Shown here: one piece after another, positions 36,999 to 46,219 of the stretch | How positions within the stretch are numbered: the first letter of the stretch is position 1 | Layout: every line of letters begins with the position of its first letter | Assembly: GCA_016839555.1 (NCBI GenBank) | Contig: JAEOUA010000003.1 | Coordinates: forward strand, 160,001-224,000 | Direction of reading: 5' to 3' | Length of the DNA stretch: 64,000 bases | DNA from: Promethearchaeota archaeon | GTDB taxonomy: Archaea; Asgardarchaeota; Lokiarchaeia; Sigyniarchaeales; SOKP01 | Position numbers and translations under genes: made by a program | Notes under the pieces: generated by a model | Databases searched by the model: none | Told to the model about the DNA's origin: nothing | The model's input: the letters and a program-made list of their open reading frames with translations, nothing else

Positions 36999-37754
36999 AT
37001 GGAAAATAAAGAAGTTCCAGAATCTAAGGGGAGCAAATTGTTCATGTTTTCTCCAAATAAAGATACCTATATTGCTATTTTTACAGAGATTCTGATGATA
37101 ATTTTGTATTTTAGCACCACTAATTTATTGAGTTTAAGTAATAATACTGTAATTCCTTTTCTAATATTTGGAATTCTTACTAATTTGGTACTTAATGTGT
37201 TATTTCCAACGTGGTGGATCGTTTTCCATAGGGGTGAATCCCTTTCAGAGCTCGGAATTAGTAAAGATCGCATATTATTAAATATTGTTATTTCCATAGG
37301 CTTTTCTATTTTTACGGCATTTCCAGTGATTCTTCAAATTAGTCAGATTGAAAATGGTATCGCCCATTTAGTCTACAATGGAATTATTTTATGGGAACCA
37401 TTTTTTGTATATTGCTGGCTTCAATTGCGATACGAAAAGGCATTTGGAATTATCCCTGGTATCCTGCTAACGGGTCTCAGCTTTATGGCATATCATATCG
37501 GAACATTTTATTTTGAAAATTTACTAATTCTTCTTTTTTGGGGCTTAATATTTGCGATTATTTTTCATTTTATCAAAAATATTATTGTCTTATGGCCACT
37601 GACTTGGAGTTTCTCATCATCATTGGGAACTCTTATGGGAAATATGGTATTTTCATGGGACTTGGTCTTTTTATGGTCTATAATATTAGGAATTCAAATA
37701 GCATTTATAATTTTTGCTTATACTTATTCAAACCAAAAAAATTTTAAAAAATAG
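36999..37754 (+). CDS. CPBP (CAAX protease/Abi/Rce1-like) intramembrane protease family protein with degenerate motifs
   Basis: LSELGI, WEPFFVYCWLQLRYEKAFG, FMAYH; ~8 TM. The canonical EExxxR is reduced to WEP. Confidence 0.65.
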   Translation: MENKEVPESKGSKLFMFSPNKDTYIAIFTEILMIILYFSTTNLLSLSNNTVIPFLIFGILTNLVLNVLFPTWWIVFHRGESLSELGISKDRILLNIVISIGFSIFTAFPVILQISQIENGIAHLVYNGIILWEPFFVYCWLQLRYEKAFGIIPGILLTGLSFMAYHIGTFYFENLLILLFWGLIFAIIFHFIKNIIVLWPLTWSFSSSLGTLMGNMVFSWDLVFLWSIILGIQIAFIIFAYTYSNQKNFKK

Positions 37755-37773
37755 AAATGAGGCATAAAAAAAA

Positions 37774-38322
37774 TTGAATGAAGTTAATAAGGATGATAAA
37801 ATACTAAAAAATAATGAAGCTTCGGACAGAAAATTTTCCTGGAAAGATTGTATATATTCAAGTATTTATTGGCCTATTATGATTGCCCAAATGGTCTTAG
37901 TGTTCTTATTCTATAATTATTATCAATATAAGATAATATCATAGTTTGGTTGGGCAGTTTTAGTATTATTTCTCATTATCGGTGCGCTTCCGAGAATTGC
38001 CTTGAAAATATACGGCGAAGTAAAAGAAGGAAAGAGATTTTTTGAGAGTAGCAAATTGATAGATAAGGGGATTTATGGAATAATTCGTCATCCATATTGG
38101 CTTTCTTGGATTTTACTAAGTTTTTCACTAATATTAATGTCTCAATATAGGATTATGATTTTATTAGGTGGTATTGCGTGTTTATTAATTTATGTAGAAA
38201 CTTTTCACTTAGATACGAATTTGATTAAGAAATTTGGAGAGGATTATAGGAAATATAAGAATAAAGTGCCTAGATTAAATCTTTTATATGGATTTATCAA
38301 ATATTTTGTTAGAAACATTTAA
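37774..38322 (+). pseudogene. Second ICMT/PEMT-family methyltransferase interrupted by an in-frame TAG (37942-37944)
   Basis: The frame of track ORF 38002..38322 extends to TTG 37774 (GAGG upstream): …FYNYYQYKIIS*FGWAVL…GALPRIALK…GIYGIIRHPYW…KKFGEDYRKYKNKVPR. Full length is 182 codons against 183 aa for the paralog. Confidence 0.75.
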
Positions 38323-38414
38323 AGCACAAATTAAGTTCAAAAATAATAGAGAATATAGAAAAAGTTAAAAATAATGGAAAATCAATTTTTTCTAAAATTA
38401 TCCAAATACTATTT

Positions 38415-39053
38415 TTATTTATAGTAATTTGTGAAAAAGAAATTAATTATTTTTTTTAATTTACCCAAATTAGTTTTTTTCAATCCCGAGAACTTTAAAT
38501 ATGGTAATTGGACTTGATAATCATAATTGAAATGATCCAAATGGACAATATTAAATCCATATCTTCTTGCTGAATCAATAAAAAACTTAATTATTCGTAT
38601 TTCATCAAAATTAGAAATCTTATCAATTTTATTAATTAAGATAAGAATAGGAATAGCAAATTCTAGTAAAAAAGTAATCATCTCAAAGCTTAGTGGAATT
38701 GTTTTTTGTTTCTCATAGAAATATTTTCCCAATTCATCTTCAATTCGCAATACATTGAGCACCACTAAGCCAAAAAAATACTTATCATGGTAATTTTCAA
38801 TATGGGAAACTAATTGTTGTTTAATATGCTCCTGTCGACGCCGACTTTCCTTTTTCATATACCCGAAACCAGGTAAATCAACAATTTGATACGACATCTG
38901 CTTTTGGGTAATCGGTTTGATTAATAAGGTACTTCCTGGGGTTTTCCCTATTTTCCCCTTATATTGACTAGGATTAGGCAAAAGTAATTTTGCAATAGTA
39001 CTTTTCCCAACATTTGAATTACCGATTATTAGAAGAGAAGGTTTTTCCTCCAT
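38415..39053 (-). CDS. engB: EngB/YihA-family GTP-binding protein
   Basis: GNSNVGKS, PGST, DLPGFG, NKIDK. Confidence 0.8.
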   Translation of the reverse strand: MEEKPSLLIIGNSNVGKSTIAKLLLPNPSQYKGKIGKTPGSTLLIKPITQKQMSYQIVDLPGFGYMKKESRRRQEHIKQQLVSHIENYHDKYFFGLVVLNVLRIEDELGKYFYEKQKTIPLSFEMITFLLEFAIPILILINKIDKISNFDEIRIIKFFIDSARRYGFNIVHLDHFNYDYQVQLPYLKFSGLKKTNLGKLKKIINFFFTNYYK

Positions 39054-39166
39054 CTTATATAAAATAGTATGCTTAAACTAAATAATCTTGGGATTTTTTT
39101 ATAAAAAAAATAATCGAATTAAAATTCTATTAAAAAGAAAATAAACGAGATTTAGAATAGAGATAC

Positions 39167-39340
39167 TTATTTAATTATTTTAGATTTGAGGTACATATTG
39201 ACTGTCTCATATTTTGACGGAATCCCTTTAGCATATTTTTCTTTTTCTTTTTCTAAACACTCTGGACAAATAGCTAAATGCAATTTATTATGAAATTCTT
39301 TATCACATTCTAAACATATAAATTTCTCTGATGTGAGCAA
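39167..39340 (-). CDS. Small CxxC…CxxC zinc-finger protein (57 aa, not in the ORF track)
   Basis: TTG start after GGGTGA: MLTSEKFICLECDKEFHNKLHLAICPECLEKEKEKYAKGIPSKYETVNMYLKSKIIK. Confidence 0.75.
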   Translation of the reverse strand: MLTSEKFICLECDKEFHNKLHLAICPECLEKEKEKYAKGIPSKYETVNMYLKSKIIK

Positions 39341-39560
39341 AAAATCACCCTTAAAAATTATTATATTATGATATATAGAGATTTTTTGCTTTATATACTA
39401 AGGGAGGGAAAGGAATTATCTAAATATTCGTGAAATCCTTTTATTTCAAATAAAGTTTGTTACTTTACCTCCAAAAAGAGGAAAATTTTCAAATTATTAA
39501 ATTTTAGATGTACAGAAACTCTCATATAGAAAATTTGAAAAAAACTAAAAAAAAAGAGAT

Positions 39561-40403
39561 TTAATAAGTGTAGAAACCTTTCTGCGTTTTTAATCCCAAT
39601 TCTCCTTTATCTATTTTATCTTTAAGAGCCTGAGGCGGCAAATCTTTAGGATCGCCACTTTCTTTATAATATGACATCTCAATATCATATACTACATCTA
39701 GACCAACACCATCCATTAATTGGAAAGGTCCAAGACCCATACCAGTATAAATTTTCCAAGCTTTATCCACTGTTTCGATATCAGTATAACCACCTGCCCA
39801 GATCTCCAAACATTCTTTCTTAACAGCTCTCCAGATCCTATTAAAAACAAATCCTAGACATTCTTTTTTTACAAGTAATGGCTCTAATTCAATGCTTTCA
39901 ATCCATTTTTTTCCTTTCTCGAAAGTTTCATCACTAGTTTGTGATCCTCTCATTATATCAGCCATGGGAATTGTTTTTGGTATATAGAAATGGATATTTA
40001 ATACCTTGTCTTTTCTTTCGACCGCATCTTCAATTTTAGAAACGGGTATTGACGAGCTATTTGTTGCTATAATTGCATGAGGTGGAGCAGCTTTATCTAT
40101 TTTAGAAAAAACTTCTCTTTTTAATTCTAATTTTTCTGGAACAGCTTCAATGATAAGATCAGCATCTGCGACAGCTTCGGAAAGATTTTCATGATCAGTT
40201 ATTTTCCCATATATATTTTTTACTTTCTTTTTTCTATTTAGGGATCTTCCAGTTTTATCAAGACCTTCGGGATTAATATCATATATTCGTATGTTATAGT
40301 CATAAAGCACAACCTGATTTATTATTTGTTTTCCCATAAAACCTATGCCTATAACAGCTACGGTTTTTATTTCATTCATTACATATTCACCCATTTTTTT
40401 CAA
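39561..40403 (-). CDS. 3-hydroxyacyl-CoA dehydrogenase family protein
   Basis: GIGFMG, IEAVPEKLELK, ATNSSS, HF, GFVFNRI, GPFQLMD.VGLD, GELGLKTQKGFY. Confidence 0.93.
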   Translation of the reverse strand: MKKMGEYVMNEIKTVAVIGIGFMGKQIINQVVLYDYNIRIYDINPEGLDKTGRSLNRKKKVKNIYGKITDHENLSEAVADADLIIEAVPEKLELKREVFSKIDKAAPPHAIIATNSSSIPVSKIEDAVERKDKVLNIHFYIPKTIPMADIMRGSQTSDETFEKGKKWIESIELEPLLVKKECLGFVFNRIWRAVKKECLEIWAGGYTDIETVDKAWKIYTGMGLGPFQLMDGVGLDVVYDIEMSYYKESGDPKDLPPQALKDKIDKGELGLKTQKGFYTY

Positions 40404-40638
40404 TATTTTTATATTGATTAATAAAGTTTAAAGAAATGAATTTGAATCATTTAGATAAATTTAAGAATCCAACTATATTAATTATTATTTTTTTTATAAT
40501 TTTAAGTGATATCAGAATGAAATAATGCTCACTCTTTTGAATTTTTATATTTTTTGAGTTTTATAAAAAGAAATGCAGCTCAATTATCTGAAGATTCGCG
40601 AATATTGCTTATATTTTAAATTATTTAAAGCTGATATT

Positions 40639-41484
40639 CTATATGTCTGAAAAATCATCTTTTAAGAACTCGCGAAACATTTGCTTCTTTTTTCCCTCTT
40701 CAATAGAAGGCTTAGTCAAAATTGGTTTTCCTGCTTTTTGTAGAATATTTTCAAGTTTCTCTACATCAATATTAATTTTGAAGTTTCCTCCGGGTAAATA
40801 ACGAATAACTTGACTATTATTCATTTTTAATCGCAAGAGATAACCTAATCCAAAATAGAATTGATTCTGTGGAATCGGATTTAAAGCTGATTTGCTGGTA
40901 TCATCTTTAAGTATATCATATAAAAAAGATTTACTTGCTGTGTGATCTTGAACCTCGAAGGTTAAAAAATAAAGCGCATGATACCAAATTTTATCACGCT
41001 TCTGTTTTACATAATTTAAAAAATCCTCTTCCGTAATAACCTTCTTCTTTTCTTTTTCCTTCTTCTTTTTTAATTCTTCCTCAATTTTCTTTTCTAACTC
41101 ATCTGAAACCGCTGAAGAAGTTTTTGAAACAGGTTTTTGTTCGGTGGAGAGAGTTTCCTCTTCTTTAACTATATCAATTGCCTTCTTCATTTCAATAAGC
41201 TCATCTAGATCCATTTTTCCGATATCCGAAAAATCCATCATCAATTCTTCTTTCTCCTCAAGTGGACTTAGGCTCTTAGGACGTTTTTTATCCGTATCCT
41301 CCTCAATGTATGATTCCTCAGCTTGTTTTACTTGTTCAATAGCCTCTTTCATTGCCTCTATTTCGTCTAAATCTAAATCTTCTAAATCAGAAAAGTCTGA
41401 TTTTAGATCCTCTAATTCACTTAGATATTCTTGGTAATCATCATCTTGACGATTATCTTCATCTTTTTTTTGGTTTTCATTCAT
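40639..41484 (-). CDS. Hypothetical protein with acidic N-terminal repeats
   Basis: Two ~27-aa DFSD…DLDE…MK.AI..VK repeats and a globular C-terminal domain ending DFSDI. Confidence 0.75.
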   Translation of the reverse strand: MNENQKKDEDNRQDDDYQEYLSELEDLKSDFSDLEDLDLDEIEAMKEAIEQVKQAEESYIEEDTDKKRPKSLSPLEEKEELMMDFSDIGKMDLDELIEMKKAIDIVKEEETLSTEQKPVSKTSSAVSDELEKKIEEELKKKKEKEKKKVITEEDFLNYVKQKRDKIWYHALYFLTFEVQDHTASKSFLYDILKDDTSKSALNPIPQNQFYFGLGYLLRLKMNNSQVIRYLPGGNFKINIDVEKLENILQKAGKPILTKPSIEEGKKKQMFREFLKDDFSDI

Positions 41485-41604
41485 AATCTCTATTTTAAAA
41501 CTAAATCAACTATATTGATGAATTTTAAAATACTACTTTTTTCGTTTAAGTATCAATATAATAAAAGAAAAATAAAATAATTAAAATTAATTTAAACATT
41601 TATT

Positions 41605-42324
41605 TTGGATAGGATGGAAAAAATTACTTTGGACACATATAAAGGCGTTATTTTTGATTTAGATGGAGTAATTTATGATATAAATGATGCTATCAGAAAA
41701 GCTGTTGATGATATTATTGAGAAATATAATTTAAAAGTAAATATTGATAGTATATTACAAGAAATTGCCCATTTGATTGAGGAACTGCAATATAAACCAG
41801 TTCCAAAATCTATTTTAGATTCATATAATCTACTTAAGCTTGATTTTCTTGAAGGATTATCCTATTTTAAAAAATTACGAATTGCACTTTTCCTTTTTAA
41901 TCAATTTAACAAATATAGAGAAGATGCTGGTTTATTTAGTGGTATAGAGGAATTAATTGAGAAATTATCTAAACAGAACTTAAAATTGGCAATATTAACG
42001 AACAATAAAAGTAGTTATGCTGAAGAAATCTTAGAAAGATTTAATTTAGCGAATTACTTTCCCACGATAGTTGGATTTAATGAAGTATCGAACGTTAAAC
42101 CTGATCCAGAAGGATTAATTAAAATAATGAATGATTGGAACGTCAAGCCAAGCGAAACTATTTTTATAGGGGATATGCAAACAGATGTAAAAGCAGGTAA
42201 AGCGGCAGGAACAACAATGGTTTGTGTCGCAAGCGGTTTAGCTGAAAAAGAAGCACTTTTAGAAGAAGAACCCGATTATCTGGTTGATGATACTGATGGA
42301 TTAAGAAATTTATTTGGTCTTTAA
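41605..42324 (+). CDS. HAD-IA hydrolase (phosphoglycolate phosphatase-like)
   Basis: FDLDGV, ILTNN, KPDPEG, IGDMQTDVKAGKAAG. Confidence 0.9.
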   Translation: MDRMEKITLDTYKGVIFDLDGVIYDINDAIRKAVDDIIEKYNLKVNIDSILQEIAHLIEELQYKPVPKSILDSYNLLKLDFLEGLSYFKKLRIALFLFNQFNKYREDAGLFSGIEELIEKLSKQNLKLAILTNNKSSYAEEILERFNLANYFPTIVGFNEVSNVKPDPEGLIKIMNDWNVKPSETIFIGDMQTDVKAGKAAGTTMVCVASGLAEKEALLEEEPDYLVDDTDGLRNLFGL

Positions 42325-42434
42325 ACTAGTGGTTTATCTAATAATGATAAACTCTTATAGACAATTATTTAATAAAGTAAATTGCTTTAAACTCTCTTAT
42401 AAATAGAATATAAATATGCTTTTTCTTTAAATTT

Positions 42435-42617
42435 TTATTCTTGGCCATAAACTTTGGTCCATCTGGTTTTTCGAGGATTTTTCTTTTGCTCTAACATTGC
42501 ATTTCTGCATTTTTTCGAACAAAAATGAAGTATTGTTCCATCCTTTCTAACATACATAATACCACGTCCTATTGGGATGTCGTATTGGCAAAAACTACAA
42601 ATGTTCCTTCTTGGCAT
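42435..42617 (-). CDS. rpl24e: 50S ribosomal protein L24e
   Basis: CSFC…IPIGRGIMYVRKDG…FCSKKC…NPRKTRWT. Confidence 0.96.
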   Translation of the reverse strand: MPRRNICSFCQYDIPIGRGIMYVRKDGTILHFCSKKCRNAMLEQKKNPRKTRWTKVYGQE

Positions 42618-42655
42618 TATTGTTTCACTTAAATTTTTTGATATTATTTTTTATT

Positions 42656-43045
42656 CTATTCCTTGCTACTTTCAAAAAGTTCGCTTTCTCCCTCTTTAAT
42701 GATTTTAAGATTTACTAGAGTCATATTCGCAGTTATTTCGTTTCCGCGCACCATTTTTCTTCTTTTTTGCCCTTTTCTTTTCGGTTTATATCCTACACGC
42801 TTCTTAGAAACTAAAATTTTCTTTTTCACAGGCCCTTGTATCTCTTTTACCATAGGAAATCCACTGGAGTCTGAACCACCAGTTATTATGAATTCATAAT
42901 TAGGAAATCCAACTAAGCCGCCCTTCACTGTTTCTCCGATACGCATTCCCTCTATACTACCAAATCTTCTATCATCTATTATAATCTTTTTAGAACGTCC
43001 ATCGGGCGCAGAAATGTTTAATTTATACACGGTTTTTTCTGACAT
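42656..43045 (-). CDS. rps6e: 30S ribosomal protein S6e
   Basis: YKLNIS…GMRIGE…ITGGSDSSGFPM…G.KRRKMVRGNEI. Confidence 0.96.
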   Translation of the reverse strand: MSEKTVYKLNISAPDGRSKKIIIDDRRFGSIEGMRIGETVKGGLVGFPNYEFIITGGSDSSGFPMVKEIQGPVKKKILVSKKRVGYKPKRKGQKRRKMVRGNEITANMTLVNLKIIKEGESELFESSKE

Positions 43046-43219
43046 AATAATTTCTTACCGAGATGATGTATAATTATTGTTTAAAATTGTTTAAATTTTA
43101 TTAATTTTATTAATTCTAATAATTATGTTTATCAAAAATCAATTCTTTAATATTAGAGACTCTATAGAAAAAAGAACTCGTTGATAGTATAATTTTCTAT
43201 CAATTTTTATGATAATAAA

Positions 43220-44560
43220 ATGGTTCTGCTTATTAATCCAAAAACCTCAAAACCAACGGAGATAAATAGTGATTTTTTCAGAGAACCTAATATGGGGTTG
43301 CTATATCTCGCTGCAGTATTGGATAGCAATAATATTGATGTTGAAATCTTGGATCTTGAGCAATTCATGAAATTAGGCAAAAACCAGAGAAAAGATATTA
43401 TAATAGAAAGCGCTACCAGCCACCAAATAATTGGCATCACTTCACTAACAAACACATTTAATAATGCTTTACAAATCGCCTCTATTATAAAGAATCAATT
43501 TCCTGAAAAATTCATAATTATGGGGGGCGCCCATGTATCCTTTCTTTATGAAAAAATATTAAAAATGGATTTTCAGAATGAAAATATTATTGATATTATT
43601 TGTATAGGAGAGGCAGAAGATAATTTTTTAAAGCTAGTTAAATTACTTCTTACTCATAATTTAAACAGTTCAAATTTCGGAGGTTTAAAACAAAAGATTA
43701 ACAATATTAAAGATATTGCTTATATTAATTCTAAGGGAAAATATATCTATACAGGCATTCAACCAAAAATAATTAATTTAGATAACTTACCTCTACCTGC
43801 AAGATATAAATTATCTCCAGTAAATTATGCTTATACCGTGGCCAATGTAATTGTAAACCGGGGGTGTCCAAATGAATGTTCTTTCTGCTCAAGACAGAGA
43901 TTATTCAAGACCACAAGAATAAAATCGATAAATTCGCTAATTGCCGAATTAAGAGATATCAAATCATCATTTACTTACAAATTTATCAATTTCTATGATA
44001 ATATAAATCTAAATAACCAAATCTTCCAAGAGTTTTGTAATATATTAAAAAGAAAGGAATTCAATTTGCCTTGGGGTTGTGAGCTGCGTATTGATAAAAT
44101 TTCTTATGATGACGCTAGATTATTAAAAGAGGCGGGTTGTATGGTTATAGCCACAGGAATAGAATCTGCTAGCGAAAAAGTCTTGAAACAAAATTTTAAA
44201 TATCAAAATCCTGAAAGGATAAAGAAAGGAATTGAAAATTTAAAAAAATTTAACATTCCTATTCAAGCATATTTTATATTAGGACTCCCCGGCGAAACTC
44301 AAAAAACCTTTCAAAAAACTATCGATTACATTAAAAATTTACCTTTAATTAAAGAAGATATCATCAATTATTTTATGGCCACTCCTTATCCTGGTTCTAA
44401 GCTTTGGGAAGATAGTAGTGCTTTTCAAATAAAAATTTTTGAAAGTGATTTTTCCAAATATGATTGTAATCATCTGATATTTGAAACTAAGGATCTTAAA
44501 AGGGTGCAACTAGAAAAGATGAGAAAAGAAGCAAAAGAAATAGAAAACCATTATCAATAA
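43220..44560 (+). CDS. B12-binding radical SAM protein
   Basis: MGLLYLAA, MGGAH, GEAE, RGCPNECSFC, GIES, GLPGET, PYPGS. Confidence 0.92.
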   Translation: MVLLINPKTSKPTEINSDFFREPNMGLLYLAAVLDSNNIDVEILDLEQFMKLGKNQRKDIIIESATSHQIIGITSLTNTFNNALQIASIIKNQFPEKFIIMGGAHVSFLYEKILKMDFQNENIIDIICIGEAEDNFLKLVKLLLTHNLNSSNFGGLKQKINNIKDIAYINSKGKYIYTGIQPKIINLDNLPLPARYKLSPVNYAYTVANVIVNRGCPNECSFCSRQRLFKTTRIKSINSLIAELRDIKSSFTYKFINFYDNINLNNQIFQEFCNILKRKEFNLPWGCELRIDKISYDDARLLKEAGCMVIATGIESASEKVLKQNFKYQNPERIKKGIENLKKFNIPIQAYFILGLPGETQKTFQKTIDYIKNLPLIKEDIINYFMATPYPGSKLWEDSSAFQIKIFESDFSKYDCNHLIFETKDLKRVQLEKMRKEAKEIENHYQ

Positions 44561-44714
44561 AAATACTAATACAAATAAGATCTTCATTCTCTATTAATTT
44601 CCTTCTATTATTTTTTCTCAATTTAATTTTTTTACAAAGATATTTAAATAATTCAAATAATAAAATTATGAAAAAGAAATAAGAAAAATAAATATAAAAA
44701 AATAGTGAGATCGA

Positions 44715-45437
44715 ATGGTAAAAGGAAAAGAATTTGAATATGATATATTGGAAAGTCCCACATTTTCCTATTTGAGAATCCATTTGAAAAGGGGGCAACA
44801 AATCCAATGTGAAGGGGGCTCAATGATATATTTCAATCCCGCGCTGGAAATTGCAACAAAAAAAGCAAGCAAAGGATTTTTAAAATCACTTAAAAGAGTA
44901 CTAGCTGGTGAAACTTTTTTCTTGAACACTTTCACGGCAAAAGGAGATGGGTATTTAGGATTAGCTCCCGCATTCTTGGGTGATTTAATGCATATTCCGA
45001 TGGAACCAGGTAAGAAATGGATATTATTTAGTGGGTCTTTTATTGCAAGTTCAATTCATTTTAATACTGAAACAGAATTTTTAGGATTAAAAAGGGGTTT
45101 ATTCGCAGGAGAGCGTGCCTTTTATTTGCTTATAGATTCTCTAGATAGCTCAGGTGATTTATTTATTGGAGCAAATGGCGCCTTTTTTGAAATAACATTA
45201 GCTCCAGGTCAAATATTCAATTGCGATAATGGGCATCTTGTTGCTATGGAAGATTCTGTTACTTTTGATATAAAGCGTGTGGGAAATTTAAAGTCTACGT
45301 TTTTATCCGGTGAGGGGGTGATCACTCAACTTAAAGGACCGGGAAGAGTCATTATGCAGTCGAGAAATCCAAGAGAATTTGCCATGTGGATCTATTCTTT
45401 AATGCCGAAGGAAAGAACAACTAGTTCAAGTTTTTAA
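44715..45437 (+). CDS. AIM24/TIGR00266 family protein
   Basis: EGGSM…GETFFLNTF…DNGHLVA…SGEG…GPGRVIMQSRN. Confidence 0.9.
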   Translation: MVKGKEFEYDILESPTFSYLRIHLKRGQQIQCEGGSMIYFNPALEIATKKASKGFLKSLKRVLAGETFFLNTFTAKGDGYLGLAPAFLGDLMHIPMEPGKKWILFSGSFIASSIHFNTETEFLGLKRGLFAGERAFYLLIDSLDSSGDLFIGANGAFFEITLAPGQIFNCDNGHLVAMEDSVTFDIKRVGNLKSTFLSGEGVITQLKGPGRVIMQSRNPREFAMWIYSLMPKERTTSSSF

Positions 45438-45538
45438 AATATCCTTTTTTATTATAATTTTTATTATTAATTCCATTTTTTTTAGGTTTCTTTTAAAACA
45501 ATTTAAGACTAAAAAATTAAATTATAAAATAAATAAAT

Positions 45539-45560
45539 TCTAATCACATTATAATAATGT
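45539..45560. promoter_or_regulatory. 22-bp candidate operator, copy 1 (TCTAATCACATTATAATAATGT)
   Basis: Identical to 46161-46182; lies just upstream of the SD of the next gene. Confidence 0.7.
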
Positions 45561-45575
45561 TTAAAACAATAAGAG

Positions 45576-45920
45576 GTGATAATTATAGCTTTTAAAGCAC
45601 TATTTCTTGCACATGCACCTGATGGAGAGGCAGAAAAGCATAGATGTGTTATTGAAACACCTAATCTCTATAAGCTCTTTGTGGTAGTGGTCAAAAACCA
45701 GGAGCAAGCAATTGAAGTATCAAAAAAATTTGTTAGAGATGAGGGAATTCAGTCAATCCTCCTCTGTCCAGGTTTCGCATATAAAGATATTGCTGAATTA
45801 AAAGATGCGGTTGGTGAAAATGTCGGACTTTTTGTGGCCAGAGGAGATGGCCCAAGTAACAGGGTTTCAATGGAAGTCATGATACGAGAAGGGTTTTTAC
45901 AAGAAAAAGGGAAAGGATAA
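45576..45920 (+). CDS. DUF6506-like small protein (true start possibly ATA 45585)
   Basis: AFKALFLAHAPD…EGIQSILLCPGF…VARGDGPS. The track's GTG lies inside the SD GAGGTGA. Confidence 0.75.
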   Translation: MIIIAFKALFLAHAPDGEAEKHRCVIETPNLYKLFVVVVKNQEQAIEVSKKFVRDEGIQSILLCPGFAYKDIAELKDAVGENVGLFVARGDGPSNRVSMEVMIREGFLQEKGKG

Positions 45921-46160
45921 AAAGATCAATAATAATTCAACGAGAACTTTTTAATTTTCAAAATTATTTTATTGAAAATTACATATTTTTTTATTTGATT
46001 AGAATTATAGCAGAAAATTGAAGTAGATTTTAGAATAATTTCTAAAATAATAATTAATTTTCTAATACAGAGATAGAAAGATTATAATATCTTTTTTATC
46101 TTGTTAATAATGTAATACTAATATATTACTAGAAAAATATATCATTTGAAATAATTAAAC

Positions 46161-46184
46161 TCTAATCACATTATAATAATGTGA
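46161..46184. promoter_or_regulatory. 22-bp candidate operator, copy 2, containing the perfect palindrome TCACATTAT-A-ATAATGTGA
   Basis: 9-bp perfect inverted arms at 46166-46184, about 35 bp upstream of the fae-hps ATG. Confidence 0.72.
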
Positions 46185-46219
46185 ATTCTATCAAAATAAT
46201 AAAAAAAAAGCAAATAATT

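Noticed and set aside
37942-37944. Genome-wide amber recoding
   Set aside because: Many intact genes here end at TAG at their expected C-termini (for example 5458, 29155, 31952, 37754), so TAG works as a stop.
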